A stretch of DNA of 64,000 nt from NCBI RefSeq assembly GCF_963921235.1, contig NC_086099.1, forward strand, positions 26,350,001-26,414,000, in the 5' to 3' direction. The stretch is from Mobula hypostoma. Its lineage: Eukaryota. A program made the translations under genes and the position numbers. Positions 38,187 to 51,465 of the stretch are shown here, piece by piece; the stretch's first letter is position 1, and each line of letters begins with the position of its first letter. The notes beneath the pieces are model-generated. The model had not been told where the DNA came from. It worked only from the letters and a program-made list of their open reading frames with translations, and searched no databases.

Positions 38187-38201
38187 AGTATAGAAACTAA
38201 C

Positions 38202-38294
38202 CTGGGTAAAATATTTCACTTTTGGTTGTCCCTTCTTTCCATTGTTGAAAAGTTCCTGAAATAATCGTGTCAGACACTTCAGCCCAATATCGTC
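38202..38294 (-). CDS. SIGMAR1: SIGMAR1 exon 3 (93 nt)
   Basis: ttctag|GA CGA TAT TGG...TAC CCA G|GTTAGT encodes [31 protein letters not shown]. Not listed in the ORF track; found by motif. Confidence 0.96.
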
Positions 38295-38469
38295 CTAGAA
38301 AGTCAAGTCAAAATAATTTAAATATATTCACATTATTATCTGTACTTGCAACAAATGGCAAGCTTGACCCATTTAAAAATGCAAAAAAAAGCAACATTTT
38401 AAATATCTTTTATATAAAGAGAAAGTTTTCTATGCATTATTCTAAAGCAGTAAGTATATATAATAACTT

Positions 38470-38802
38470 CAGTGGAGTGATGCAGTGGAGATGCATCTCT
38501 ACCAGAGGAGGTGTTGGGAACGCCTTCCCTCTACTAGCCTGAAGGTAACCCTTGGGCAAGATGTAGTACTTGTACAGCCCTCCTCAATCAGGGTCATGCG
38601 AAGACATGGGAGCAGCCGACGGACAGTCGTACGAGCAGCTGGTGTACATCACAAGTCCTAGTTATGGGACCACTGATGCCAGCACAGTTGGAGTAACCAA
38701 AATTGTAAAGCCACTGGCCAGGAGAAGGCAATGGCAAACCACTTCCGTAGAAAAATTTGCCAAGACCATGATCGACCACATCATACAACATGGCACATAA
38801 CG
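38470..38802 (+). mobile_element. RTE-related non-autonomous retroposon (second copy ~57745-58100)
   Basis: Shared TCTACCA.AGGAGGTGT...CTAGCCTG.AGGT head and BovB-like GAAGGCAATGGCAAACCACTTC tail. Confidence 0.6.
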
Positions 38803-39190
38803 AACAAATTGCTTCCAGGTTCAAAGGTCAAAGTAAATTTTATTATCAAAGTACGTATGTGCCACTATATTCTACCCCGAAATTTATTTTCTTGTGACAG
38901 TCACAGCAAATACAAAGAAACACAATAGAGTCAATGAAAAACTGCACACAACCAAAGAAAAATAACTAATGTGCAAAATACAACAAATTATGTAAATACA
39001 AAAAAAACACAAAATAATAATATAACAAACAAATAATAAATATTAAGAACACAAGTTGTAAACTTTGAAAGCGAGTCAATAGGTTGTGGAATCAGTTCAG
39101 TGATGAGGCAAGTGAAGTTATCCACTGATTCAGGAGCTTGACGGTTGAGGGTAATAACGGTTCCTAAACCTGGAGGTGTAGGATCTAAGG

Positions 39191-40209
39191 CAGGGGTCCC
39201 AAACCTTTTTTGTACTGCGGACCGGTTTATTATTGACAATATTCTTGCGGACCGGCCGACCCAGGGCGGGGTGGGGGCGGTGTTAATCACAATCGGAATA
39301 TAGGTGATAAGTGGCTAATAATTTTGTTTCTAAAAGGGTTTATCTAACGAATTTAATATTAAACACACAGCACATATTTTCCTCGCATGAATATAGTTAT
39401 AAGTCAATTATCAGAGGAGGACGGGAGCTTGAAGTAAGTGTTGAAGGAACTGCCAGTAGAAGTGGTAGAGGCAAGTTAGATACTATCATTCAAAGAAAAA
39501 TTGGACAGCTATATGGACAGGAAAGGAATGGAGGGTTATGGGCTGAGTGCAGATTGGTGGGACTAGGTAAGAGTAGCGTTCGGCACAGACTAGAAGGGCC
39601 GAGACGGCCTGTTTCTGTGCTGTAATTGTTATATGGTTATATAAGTCACTTATAAGTCAATAGCATCATAACATTTTAAGTAACGTTTGGATATTAAACA
39701 CACAGCACATATTTTCCCCATATGAACATATAAAATGATTGCAACACACCAATATCGCTGAATCAGTGGGAGCCCTGGGCTTCTTTCCCTGCAACAACAC
39801 GGTCCTCTCGAGGGGTGATGGGAGACAGCGATACTCGAAAGGGGTTCTTTGTGTCCAGTCTATTCTGCAATTTAGTTTTCATTGCAGAGATATGTTGGAA
39901 ATGGAAGCAACGTTTTCAGTGCTTTCATGGCTATCTCAGGATATTCAGCCTTGACTTTGATCAGAATGCCAGCAGAGATGTTATGTCAAACATACTTTTC
40001 AGCCCACCGTCATTTACAAGCTCGAGTTGATGATCTCCTTCCCACGCTGACGTAGATGACGCGCGGGTAATGACCTCGCATGTGTTCAAGCTCCACAGTG
40101 GGCGTGACAGGGAATGGGGAAAGGTGCAGCTGACTCATATCGCCAAATCATATCGTTTCTTCGCAGCCTGGTAGCACATGCTTTGCAGCCCGGTGGTTGG
40201 GGACCGCTG
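39191..40209. mobile_element. Non-autonomous hAT (Charlie-like) element
   Basis: TIRs CAGGGGTCCCAAACC and GGTTGGGGACCGCTG; 8-bp TSD ATCTAAG(G/A). Confidence 0.8.
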
Positions 40210-40729
40210 ATCTAAGATTCCTGTAGCTCCTTCTTACTGGCAACAAAAAGACAGCATGGCCTGGATGGTGGGGATCCTTGATGGTGGACACTGCTTTCCT
40301 ACAACAGCGCTCCTTACAGATGCTCTCAATGGTGGAGAGAGCTTTGCTTGTGAAGAACTGGGCTGCAACTAATACTTTTGTAGGCTTTCCATTCAAAGGC
40401 TTCGGTACACATACAATCAAACTTTCCATTCTTTCCAATGTAGCCAGCCATTTCTGCTCTTTTTAAAAAAATGATTATTATGACCTGGTATTCAATGTTC
40501 ATGAACCCGTAAATTTTATTTTTTTTGCCTCTGTTTTGAGCTGGCCTGTCTGCATTTTTTACTCGCTGTTCCTCACTGCACTTTTTTAAACTTGAATGTT
40601 TCACTCTGCTTCAACTGAATTAAGCTAATTCAAAGGAAGGTACGGTAGTCCAAAATGTGACATTCTCAGACATTTCATCTATTCTTCCTTGAACAGAGTT
40701 TTCATTGAATGGAATCACTTTAATTATTT

Positions 40730-41900
40730 GTCAGGTGACTTATGCAAAACATTACTCAGAATCTCCCTTACTGCTAGCAGAAGCAGTCCTTCTCCAATTG
40801 TAAGGGGTTTTCCAGATTTAACAATGAAATGTTATATGAAACATGCAAAACCACTTCTGTTCTGTTGTGAAGTGCTGGCAAACAATAAGTGTTTTCCATT
40901 TGAGAGCTTCCAAGAAGTAACAGAAAATAAGCCAAGTTCTTCTTTGGTTTATCAAAGTGTATTCTCTTCAAATGTTCAAGGAGCCTAGATAGTTTCATTG
41001 TCTCATTTGAAAAAACATTTTCACACAACAGGCACATTGGCTGCTGTTGGTTTGCTTGGTGCTGGTATAAACCATACTTCAGACATTCCACATTATACTA
41101 ACTACACTTCTTTTATGTTTGGTCGCTTCTGCCACTTTCATTATGGATTAACAACCAGAGTCAACCTAGTGCCTATTGCTTAAATCCAACTTCAAGTGTT
41201 GCAATTATAGAGGGGAAAGTTATGACATCATCATCGCTCAGGCAAAACATGACTCTCTGCCCAAAGGTAAATAAAATGATATCTCAGTTGGGCCTTGGGC
41301 TAGAGAAATGAGATCAAGACCATTTCAAAAGGGCAAATTCTGAGCTTTACCCCATTGAAAGCCACACAGGAATTGTGTCACTGCATGATAGAAGTATGGG
41401 AATCGTACATACTAACACTGTACTACTATAGTGAACAGCATAAATGTGTGGGCCAGGCCAGGAAACAACACAATTTATTCAGTCCAGATTTATCATGATA
41501 TGCTAGTGTCACATTGCTTTTCAACAACTACAATGCGCTTCGAGAAAAGTCTAAGAGAATAGAGGGAGTTAGATATGGCCCCTGTGGCTAAAGGGACCAG
41601 GGGTATCGAGGGAAGGCTGGTACAGGGCTCTGAGTTGGATGATCAGCCATGATCATACTGAATGGTGGTGCAGGCTCAAAGGGCCGAATGGCCTACTCCT
41701 GCATCTATTTTCTATGTTTCTATAGCATGTCAGCAAGACAAGAGTGATTATAATCAATTATGGAGGCACCGAGGATTAAATTCGTATAAGCAATTAATTG
41801 TTTAATTTAAGCCTGTAATCCCTCAGCTGCCCTCCCCCCCCCAGCTACCAAGGGCACCCCTACCACCTCCTTTATCTTTATTGCACCCTTAGAAGCTCCC
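40730..41900 (-). mobile_element. Decayed hAT (Buster/Charlie-like) transposon fragment, homologous to 1-~660
   Basis: CLKYGLY...PMCLLCENVFSNETMKLSRLLEHLKRIH (BED-type zinc finger); 41040-41880 aligns by eye with 1-660. Confidence 0.7.
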
Positions 41901-42599
41901 AATGCTCCCAATGGGAGTAATTGCTTTATTGTCACATGTACCAAGATACAGTGGAAAGCTTTGTGTGCCAGTCCCACGCAAACCATAGAAACATAGAAAA
42001 TAGGTGCAGGAGTAGGCCATTCGGCCCTTCGAGCCTGCACCGCCATTTATTATGATCATGGCTGATCATCCAAGTGATATCACCCACTTTTGGAACAACT
42101 TGTGTAGATGATGTTGACAAAGTGGTGTCCATTGAAGGTAGGTGGTGACAGAGGACCAGTTTGAGGTGAGGATTATTAACATAGAAAAAACAGCCATGCT
42201 CTTTAAATTGCTCCTAGAGTAGTCGATGATTTTAACAGGGATAATAAAAAGAGATTTAATCAAGGTTTACATGCACTGAAAAAGACAAAATACCAAGGGG
42301 CAGCACCTCTTAGGCATGAAACATTCTTTCCAGGAGATGTTTCCTTCAGGAAAATGTGGGGAAAATACTTAGAAGACCACTATTAAAACCAAATTAGCTG
42401 ACAGAACTTGGACATTCTTGGCATTCCAGAGTACCTAGGTATTTAATTATGATCTCCGGTAAATCTTAATCCCATGTTCAAGGTGTGGCAAGTATTACAT
42501 TTGAAAGGCAAGAAAAATATAAAACAAAAAACATCTATACCATGTCCTGCATATTTGAGCAAAATTCCATCTCCATTAGAGGGTGAATGTAATCTAATA

Positions 42600-45020
42600 C
42601 AGGTTGAGCATCCCTCATCTGAAAATCAAAAATCTGAAAACTTCCAAAGTCTAAACTTTTTTTTTTGGAGAACTGACATGACCCCACAAATGGAAAATTC
42701 CACAAGGCACTGAGGAGGTACCCAGGTGATGCATAGGTCTCTGTGCACCACAGACCTTTCTGAGAAGTGACTTCACATAAGTGGGCCCGGTTGGCGCCAA
42801 TTTGTTCTCAGCAGTTGTCATAGTTAGACTTTCGTGTTTACTCACAGTGAATCTTGTGCTTATTCCTTGCTCTGTGCCATGAAGATATTGCTGAAAATGT
42901 CAAAAAGGCCTACAATTACCTCCATTGTAATAGTGAAAAGAAAAGAAATAGTGAACAGGAAGTCAAATTGTTGTAAACTTTGACAGTGATTTAAGAGTGA
43001 AGTATCTGACAGGAGTATGGTGTTGGAACAGAACGACAAACTGTTAAAAGTTCTATGCTGAAAGTAATGAACAGCACTTAATGAAATTTTTTTTTTAAAC
43101 TGCATAAAGCGAAGTTCTCCATCATGAATTGAAAGTAGATTAATCAGTGTTGCAGTGAGCACATGCTGCTTTAACTATATGCTGATCATGAAAAAAAGCA
43201 AAGTTCTATCATGACAAACTGAAAATTGAAGGAGGCTATGTACAGTCAGAAGGCTGGTTGCAGAAATTTAAGAAAAGGCACAGTATTAATTTTTTTTTAA
43301 ATATAAAAAGGCTTGTGGTGATAGAGTGTCTGCTATTCACATGCAGATGAGAAATTCATTGTTGAGTTTGCCGAGATCATTGCTGATGAAAACCTAACAT
43401 GCTGAACAGCTGTATGAGTACACATGTGAGATGAACTAGTGCGAGAGAAAAACTGCTTACTGGGAGCTCATGAATTCCAAGTCGGGAATAACAGTGATGC
43501 CAAACAGCTACTGACTGTTCACTTGGGTTGCTGAGGTAGTGATAGCTTACCTTTCCGATGGTTCAAATGTACACAATGTGACTAAACACATTGATAAAGG
43601 AAGAGCAGTAGAAGTAGTGTATATGGATTTCAGTAAGGAATTTGATAAGATACACCATGCAAGGCTTATTGAGAAAGTAAGGAGGCATGGGATCCAAGGA
43701 GACCATGCTTTGTGGATCCAGAACTGGCTTGCCCACAGAAGGCAAAGGGTGGTTGTAGACAGGTCATATTCTGCATGGAGGTTGGTGACCAGTGGTGTGC
43801 CTCAGGGATCTGTTCTGGGACCTCTACTCTTCGTGATTTTTATAAATGACCTGGATGAGGAAGTGGAGGGATGGGTTAGTAAATTTGCTGATGACACAAA
43901 AGGTTGGGGGTGTTGTGGATAGTGTGGAGGACTGTCAGAGGTTACAGAGGTACATCGATAGGATGTAAAACTGGGCTGAGAAGTGGCAGATGGAGTTCAA
44001 CCCAGATAAGTGTGAGGTCATTCATTTTGGTAGGTCAAATATGATGGCACAATATAGCATTAATGGTAAGACTCTTGGCAGTGTGGAGTATCAGAGGGAT
44101 CTTGGGGTCCGAAGCCATCAGATACTCAAAGCTGCTGTGTAGGTTGACTCTGTGGTTAAGGCGGCATATGGTGCACTGGCCTTCATCAATCGTGGGATTG
44201 AGTTTAAGAGCCAAGAGGTAATGTTGCAGCTATATAGGATCCTGGTCAGACCCCACTTGGAGTACTGTGCTCAATTCTGGTCACCTCACTACAGGAAGGA
44301 TGTGGAAACCATAGAAAGGGTGCAGAGGAGATTTACAAGGATGTTGCCTGGATTGGGGAGCACGCCTAATGAGAATAGGTTGAGTGATCTCTGCCTTTTC
44401 TCCTTGGAGCGACAGAGGATGAGAGGTGACCTGATAGAGATATATAAGATGATGAGAGGCATTGATCGTGTGGATAGTCAGAGGTTTTTTCCCAGGGCAG
44501 AAATGGCTAGCACGAGAGGGCACTTTTTAAGGTGCTTGGAAGTAGGTACAGAAGAGATGTCAGGGGCAAGTTGTTGTTGTTGTTGTATTTTCTTTTAAAA
44601 TGCAGTGGTGAGAGTCTGGAATGGGCTGCCGGTGGTGGTGGTGGAGGAGGAAATGATAGGGTCTTTTAAGAGACTCCTGAATAGGTACATGGAGCTTGGA
44701 AAAATAGAGGGCTATGGGTAACCCTAGGTATTTTCTAAGGTAAGGATATGTTCAGCACACCTTTGTGGGCCAAAGGGCCTTTATTGTGCTGTAGGTTTTC
44801 TATGTTTCTATTATTGTTTCATGCACTGTTATTAAAAGTATTATAAAAACTACCTTAGGGTATATATACAATATGTACATGCAACGTAAATGGATTTAAT
44901 GTTTAGATTTGGGACCCATCCTCAAGCTTCCTTATTACATAGATACAAATACTCCAAAATCCAAAAAAAATCTAAAACACTTCCAGCCCCAAGCATTTTG
45001 GATAAGGAGTTCTCAACCTG
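42600..45020 (+). mobile_element. Tigger (Tigger4/Zombi/MER46-like) element containing a CR1 insertion
   Basis: TA-CAGGTTGAGCATCCCTCATC ... GATAAGGAGTTCTCAACCTG-TA; transposase remnant SEGWLQKFKKRH...EFAEIIADENLT at ~43240-43410. Confidence 0.8.
43575..44810 (+). mobile_element. 5'-truncated CR1 LINE nested in a Tigger element
   Basis: [11 protein letters not shown]...[22 protein letters not shown]...SKFADDTK; LVRPHLEYCAQFWSP; ends in the TTCTATGTTTCTA tail. Confidence 0.9.
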
Positions 45021-45497
45021 TACAGGTAAATGTTCCAAGACTGACTTCCAACTTTGGAAAGCTCTAAATTATGTGAAAAATGAAAGCATTTGGAAAGAAA
45101 TGGTGAGCGAAGAGGACCAAGGAAGTTTTAGAGTTAAAAACTCCAATTAGAGACAACATTTACACAAGTACAATGGTCTTGTTTCAATGATTCATCCTAA
45201 AGGCAATTCATTATTTTCTTCCAAGCAAGATTTGAACTCGACAAGAATAGAATATTTGTGAAGTTTGCACTCTCAGTTTATGCACACACCTTTATTTCTT
45301 CTATGTTTCACTCTAGCTCAAGTATACCCCCAATTAGTTTTACTGTTTTAAGTATAAATATCAATTTCTATGTCTAATAAAATAATGCATAACAGAAGAG
45401 CAATCTATAAACTTAATATTGATTTCCTACTGAGTTCACGTTATATATGGAAACATTTTAAAAGCTTTACATAATGTAATTAGCAAGCATATCATAC

Positions 45498-45698
45498 CCG
45501 AATGCCCTCCAGTGTCCACTGCTGTTCCAAACAGCAGCACATATTCAGTTAAGGATGCATGCAGAAGACACATGGACCCCATCCAGCCACCGGCATTCAC
45601 AAAGACCCACTGCAGGTCCTCATCTGGAAGTATGTGACCAGGGTACATTTTCCTCAGTTCAACCACAATCTTGGTGAATGCCTGCTCATGATTGAGTC
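45498..45698 (-). CDS. SIGMAR1: SIGMAR1 exon 2 (201 nt)
   Basis: tttcag|GA CTC AAT CAT...CAT TCG G|GTATGA encodes [67 protein letters not shown], the ERG2/sigma-1 signature. Confidence 0.97.
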
Positions 45699-46744
45699 CT
45701 GAAACAAGACCATTTTATATCACTGTGTTATTGTAAAGTAAATCTTATTCAGTAAAGGAATTCATCACATCACAACAACTCCACAAAATATCACTTACAC
45801 ATTATTGCTATAAACAGTGAATTCGTACATGGATAGAGAGGTGATAAATACACTGCAAATAAGCAGCATATTATGTGCAGCAAAGAAGATGGTCACACTA
45901 TAGTTGTTGAACACCACAGCACAGAAACAGGTTCTTCTGTCCATCTAGTCCATGCCAACGCGTTCATCTGCTTACTCCCATCTCCCCATCCTGGACCATC
46001 GCTCTCCATATCCCCCTCATCCATGTACCTATCCAAACTTTTTTTTTTAATATTGCAATTGAAACAATACTCCTCACTGAATCTTCAACTGCCCACCCTA
46101 GATTCTTCAGTTACATTAATTCATATACTGTGACACAGAATGCATTAACATTAGACTCAAGTGTTCATATGGACTCTGGCACATTAATCCTGTTCCTCTT
46201 CACCTCACATGTCTATCAATTCTTTATTTTTGTTTATTTTGCAATAAAGGGGAAAATTACAGTTGAGAATGAAGTTGCCAGCCTATCTTTGGAAGGTGGG
46301 GGAAAGAAAAAAGCACCCGGAGAATCCCACGCAGTCACAAACCTAATGCCACACAGACAGCACTCAAGGTCAGAACTGAACCACTGTTATTCTATGGCTT
46401 CACTGCTAAACATTGGTTCAGAGTAAATATTCCATTCTTGGCCAGGGACTTCAGTGGTTTTTATACAGCAGGTTGTCGTGTACAGATAAGCGGCCAGGCG
46501 GTTTTGTAGATCACCTTCTACATAATATGGCACCAATTTTGTTATTTCTTAACCAGATTATAGAACCTTTCTTGGGTAACACAGATAGAAATAGGAAGTC
46601 CGAGACTGATCAGAAAATTGATTGTCATCAAGTACAATTAGCCCGCCTCAGGCAGATTTCAGATTTTTTGCCTGCAACTCCCTGTTGGAAATGTCCAAGT
46701 TTCAATGTACATACTGTAGCTTCATCGTTAAAAGGGGCAGCCAC

Positions 46745-47148
46745 TGGGTTCCATCACCTCCAACTGGACCACACCACCAAACACATCTCGCCCCACACTT
46801 TCTGCTTTCCAAGGGATCTCTCCCTACGCGACTCTCTTGTGCATGTGTCCTTCCCCACTGATCTCTCTCCTGGCACTTATCCTTGTAAGCAGAACAAGTG
46901 CTACACCTCCTCCCTCACTACCATTCAGGGCCCCAGACAGTCCTTCCAGGTGAGGCGACACTTCACCTGAGAGTCTGCTGGGGTCATTTACTGTGGTCAG
47001 TGCTCCTGGTGTGGTCTCGTGTATCAGTGAGACCTGACGTAGATTTGGAGACCGCTTTGCCGAGCATCTGGCAGATGGAGTGTAGAATAAGCTGGATCTC
47101 CCAGTGGCCACGTATTTTAATTACTCTTCCCATTGCAATATGTCCCCA
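46745..47148 (+). mobile_element. Penelope-like element GIY-YIG region fragment running into the assembly gap
   Basis: LRDSLVH...PGTYPCKQNKCYT...TIQGPRQSFQVRRHFT*ESAGVIYC. Confidence 0.75.
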
Positions 47149-47358
47149 NNNNNNNNNNNNNNNNNNNNNNNNNNNNNNNNNNNNNNNNNNNNNNNNNNNN
47201 NNNNNNNNNNNNNNNNNNNNNNNNNNNNNNNNNNNNNNNNNNNNNNNNNNNNNNNNNNNNNNNNNNNNNNNNNNNNNNNNNNNNNNNNNNNNNNNNNNNN
47301 NNNNNNNNNNNNNNNNNNNNNNNNNNNNNNNNNNNNNNNNNNNNNNNNNNNNNNNNNN
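47149..47358. other. Assembly gap (210 N)
   Basis: Run of N in SIGMAR1 intron 1. Confidence 1.
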
Positions 47359-48284
47359 GGCACTGCCTCTCTGGCGCAAGGATGAAGCTCAGATGCTAGT
47401 TCCAGTGTTAACAGAGAAGAATAACCAAATTCTAGTACTAACTGCAGCTCCAATACATGGGATAGAAGATTCCACATTCCATCTTAGACCTTCTGCAATT
47501 CTTTCAACTCCCAAGTTACATCCAAATACAGGCTCCCACAGTGCACCTCTCCCTCAACGTCACAGAAACAAAGGAGCAGGTTGTGGACTACAGGAGGAAT
47601 GGAAACAGGCTACCCCCTATAGACATCAATGGATCTGGGGTTGAGAGGGTGAAAAGCTTTAAGTTACTCGGCATAAGCATCACCGAGGATCTCACGTGGT
47701 CTGTACATACTGGCTGTGTGGTGAAAAAGACACATGGCTGAAGAAGTGTGATATGCACCCCCCCCACCCCCAAATTCTAATAGGCATCTATAGGGCCACA
47801 ATTGAGAGCACCCTGACTGGCTGCATCACTGCCTGGTATGGGAGATGTACTTCCCTCAACCGCAAAACTCTGCAGAGTGGTGCAGATAGCCCAGTGCATC
47901 TGTAGATGTGATCTTCCCACTACTGAGGAAATTTATAAAGACAGGTGTGTAAACAGGGCCCGAAGGACAATTGGAGACCTGAGTCACCCCAACTGTTGCA
48001 GCTGCTACCATCTGGGAAACAGTACCGCAGCATGAAAGCCAGGACCAATGGGCTCCAGGACAGCTTCTTCCATCAGGCTGCTTAATTCATACTGACACAA
48101 CTGTAGTTTTATGTTATATTGACTACCCTGTTGTACTTATTTATTATAAATGACTATACTTGCACATTTGAATGGAGATGCAAAATAAAGATTTTTATTC
48201 TATATATAAAGGATGTAAGTAATAAAGTCAATTCAAATTCAATTCAATACACCAGCCAAGAGCAGCCGTACAGTTGGAGTAGAT

Positions 48285-50370
48285 CATTAGGACATTCAGC
48301 CATCTAGTATGCTCCACCATTCCATCATGGCTGATCCATTATCAATCCTAACTCCATTTTCTTGCCTCTCCTTTTAATTTTTCACACCCTTACTAATCAT
48401 GAACTTATCAATTTCCACTTTAAATATACCTAAAGACTTGGATGTCTGTGGCAGTGAATGCCACTGATACATCACCTCTGGCTAAAGAAATTCCTCCTCA
48501 CCTCTGCTCTAAAGGGATTTCTAGACTCCTCCACAATCGGGAGACCACTCCATCCAGACCTTTCAACATTAAATATAGGTGTCCATGATAACCCCCTCAT
48601 TCTTCTAAACTCCAGTAAGAGGCAAAGGCGGGTTACTGGCGCCTTAAAACCAGTCGCTTTGGGCAGATGGTGCTTGTCAGCTGTGGCTGCTGCTCATCTA
48701 GGGGAAAGAAAACTCTGATCTCAAAGCCCCGCTGCCCTGCGGTTATACCACTCACGGGGAAGACTCTGGAGCTGGAGTCCCTAACGCAGTCCTACATCGA
48801 GTCCAATGTTGACTGGCAGCTGCTGCGATATTCCTGGAACCAAACTCTATCAGTCTCTGCTGTTCCTTTAGATTCGTCAGATACGTGGAGAGGGGGAAGC
48901 TTGCCACACTGGTGACTGCTTGCTCTCCATATCGTACTGCCCAGCCTTGTGTAACCAGACAGCTCAGACGCAACATCCATGTTCAACGCTGACTGACGGA
49001 GGCCCCCACTCGCAGTTCCAGAACCATCAAATGCTCCTCAAATGTCAACTCTTTCATTCCGGAATTATTCTCGCAAACCTCCTCTGGACCCTCTCCAATG
49101 AAGACACATCATTTCTTAGAAAACAGACCCACAACTGCTTACAATACTCCTAGTACAGCCTGACCAATGCCTCATTAAACCTCAGTATGACATCTCTGGT
49201 TTTATATTCTAGCCCTCTTGAAATTAATGCTAAAATTGCTTCCTTACCAACACTACCTGAAAATTAGCCTTCAAGGAATCCTTCATGAGGAGTTTAAAGT
49301 ACCCTTGCACCTTTGATTTCTGAATTTTCTCTGCTTAGAAAATCTTCTAAGCCTTTATTCCTCCTACCAAAGTACGTGAACATACACTTACCGACACTAT
49401 ATTTCATCTGCCACTTCTTTGCCCATTCTCTCTATCTGTCCAAGTCCTTCCACAGACTCCCTGCTTCAACACTACCTGTTTCTCCAGGTTTCTTATTACT
49501 CTCCGCAAACCTAGCCACAAAGCCATCAATACCGTCATCCAAATCATTGACATATAATGTGAAAAGAAGCAGTCCCAACACCGACCCCTGCAGGCCACCA
49601 CTAGTCACCAGCAGCCAACCAGAAAAGGCTCCCTGTATTTTCACTCCTACATCTTCTGATCCTATGTCATCTCTAACAAATTCATTTCATTTTATTTCAC
49701 CAGAGTCATCCTAACTCCTCTGCCTATCTGTCTGTATTTTTGAATCCCACTACAACCTTCTTTCAGCCATGACTGAATGATGCCTCCAGCTCAATTCCTG
49801 CCAATCTCTAACTGCACTACAAGATCATCTACCTTATTTTGCATACAAATATTCACCTTCTGTCCTCTATTTATCCTTTTTGATTTTGCCCCTATGTAAC
49901 ACTTCAAACTCATCCCACTGACTGCAATTTCACCCTATCATCTGTCTGTCCTTCCTCAGTCTCACTACACACTGCACCTAGTTGTACACCAACTGCCCCA
50001 TCCTCAGCCCTACCACTCCAGTTTGCATCCCCCTGCAAAGTTAGTTTAAAGCCTCCCCAACAGCTCCAGCAAACCTGCTGCAAGGACATCGGTCTCCCTT
50101 GAGTTTAGGTGTAACTTGTCCTTTCTGTACAGGTCATACCTTCCCCAAAGAGATCCCAACAATCCAGAAAACTTAAACCCTGCCCCCTGAACCAACTCCT
50201 TAGCCAGACTTTCATCTGCCAATCTTCCCCCCGCTGGCACGGTGGCACAGGCAGCAGTTCTGAAATTACTACCTTCTTCAGCTTTCCACTTAACTCCCTA
50301 TATTCTCTCTCCAGGCTCCATCCCTTTTCCTACCTATATCATTGGTACTAAGTACCACAACTTCCAGCTG
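48285..50370 (-). mobile_element. Decayed, internally deleted CR1 LINE with an RTE-related insert at ~48615-49005
   Basis: SGGLQGSVLGLLLFTLYVNDLDDG...FA; WGRYDLYRKDKLHLN (ORF1 esterase C-terminus). Confidence 0.75.
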
Positions 50371-51019
50371 TTCACCTGAGCTGAAGATAATTATCTTAAC
50401 TATACATATTTACAACAAACGAAATAACATTCATCTGGACCACAGTGCACCCACAAGACACATCACACATAACTCATAAAACAAAATACACTACCACAAA
50501 TGTGTTAATAAAATATAATTTAAAGCGCATGTAGGGCACAGCACAGGTAAATAGGGAACAGCTGAATATCCTAGTGATGAGATCTCGGTTGTGGCAGGAT
50601 ATTCGTTAGTCTCACAGCCTGAGGGAAGAAGCTATTACCTAGTCTGCTAGCCCTAGTCCTGATACTTCTGTATCTCCTTCCTGACGGTAGTGAGTCAAAG
50701 AGATGGTGGGATGGGTGGTAGGGATCTTCAGCAATGTTTGTCCCTTCGTATACAACGGTCTCGATAAACATCACTTATAGGAGAGGGGGACCCCAGCGAT
50801 CATCTGGGCAGTTTTTACAATCCTTTATACCAGGAGTTCCCAACCTTTTTTCCCCCAATGTTATGGACCAATACCATTTAAGCAAGAGGTCCATGAACCC
50901 CAGGTTGGGAACCCCGGCTCTTGCAGCCCAACGCCTTGCACACATCGATGCGACCGGACAGGACACCCCCAACGGCGTTACAATGCGAGGAGATGGTATA
51001 ACAGAGCCCAGATCAGACA

Positions 51020-51465
51020 CAGGCGGGTGCGGCAGCCAGCGCCGACTTGCCGGCCCAGCAGACCGCGCACCCCCGCCGCCACTCACCTGCGTACTGCCGC
51101 GCCAGGCGCGAAAGCTCCTGTCCATCGAACACGTACCGCTTGCTGCCCATCCAGGCGCTGATCGCCATTATCCCGAGCCCGAGCACCGTCACCAAGGCGG
51201 TGGTCCAGCACAACGCGCGCTTCATGGCTGGGTCGCTTTCCCGCTGAGTGACGCGCCGCTTCCGGACCCCGCGACTGATAACGACGCGCCGTCAAACGCC
51301 AATCCCCAATCCCCAGCCAGCCTCCTCCCTGACGGACAGCTCGATTCGCCTATCGGCGCTCTCCGGCGGACCCGGCCGTGGAATCGCCAATCAGCCCAAC
51401 GGCCAGGGTTGTGACGCAGCGAGCAGGTTGTGGAGTCCGCTGCAGGCCGACTAAAACTCGGCCGG
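51020..51465. promoter_or_regulatory. CpG island at the SIGMAR1 5' end with CCAAT boxes (~51299, ~51308, ~51387) and TGACGC CRE-like half sites; possibly shared with the divergent gene
   Basis: High GC and CpG density around exon 1; repeated GCCAATC motifs. Confidence 0.7.
51087..51225 (-). CDS. SIGMAR1: Sigma non-opioid intracellular receptor 1, exon 1
   Basis: MKRALCWTTALVTVLGLGIMAISAWMGSKRYVFDGQELSRLARQYAG is an N-terminal TM helix followed by the conserved LARQYAG. Donor GCAG|GTGAGT. Confidence 0.93.

Noticed and set aside
38470-38580. Possible HDV-like ribozyme at the 5' end of the RTE-related repeat
   Set aside because: Hairpins are visible, but I could not build the nested double pseudoknot by eye. 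It needs a descriptor search on a family consensus.
46898-47644. Long ORFs spanning 47149-47358
   Set aside because: Artefacts of the N gap joining PLE and LINE fragments.
50734-51414. 226-aa + strand ORF across the CpG island
   Set aside because: Antisense to SIGMAR1 exon 1 and runs through a MITE; GC-rich stop depletion explains its length.
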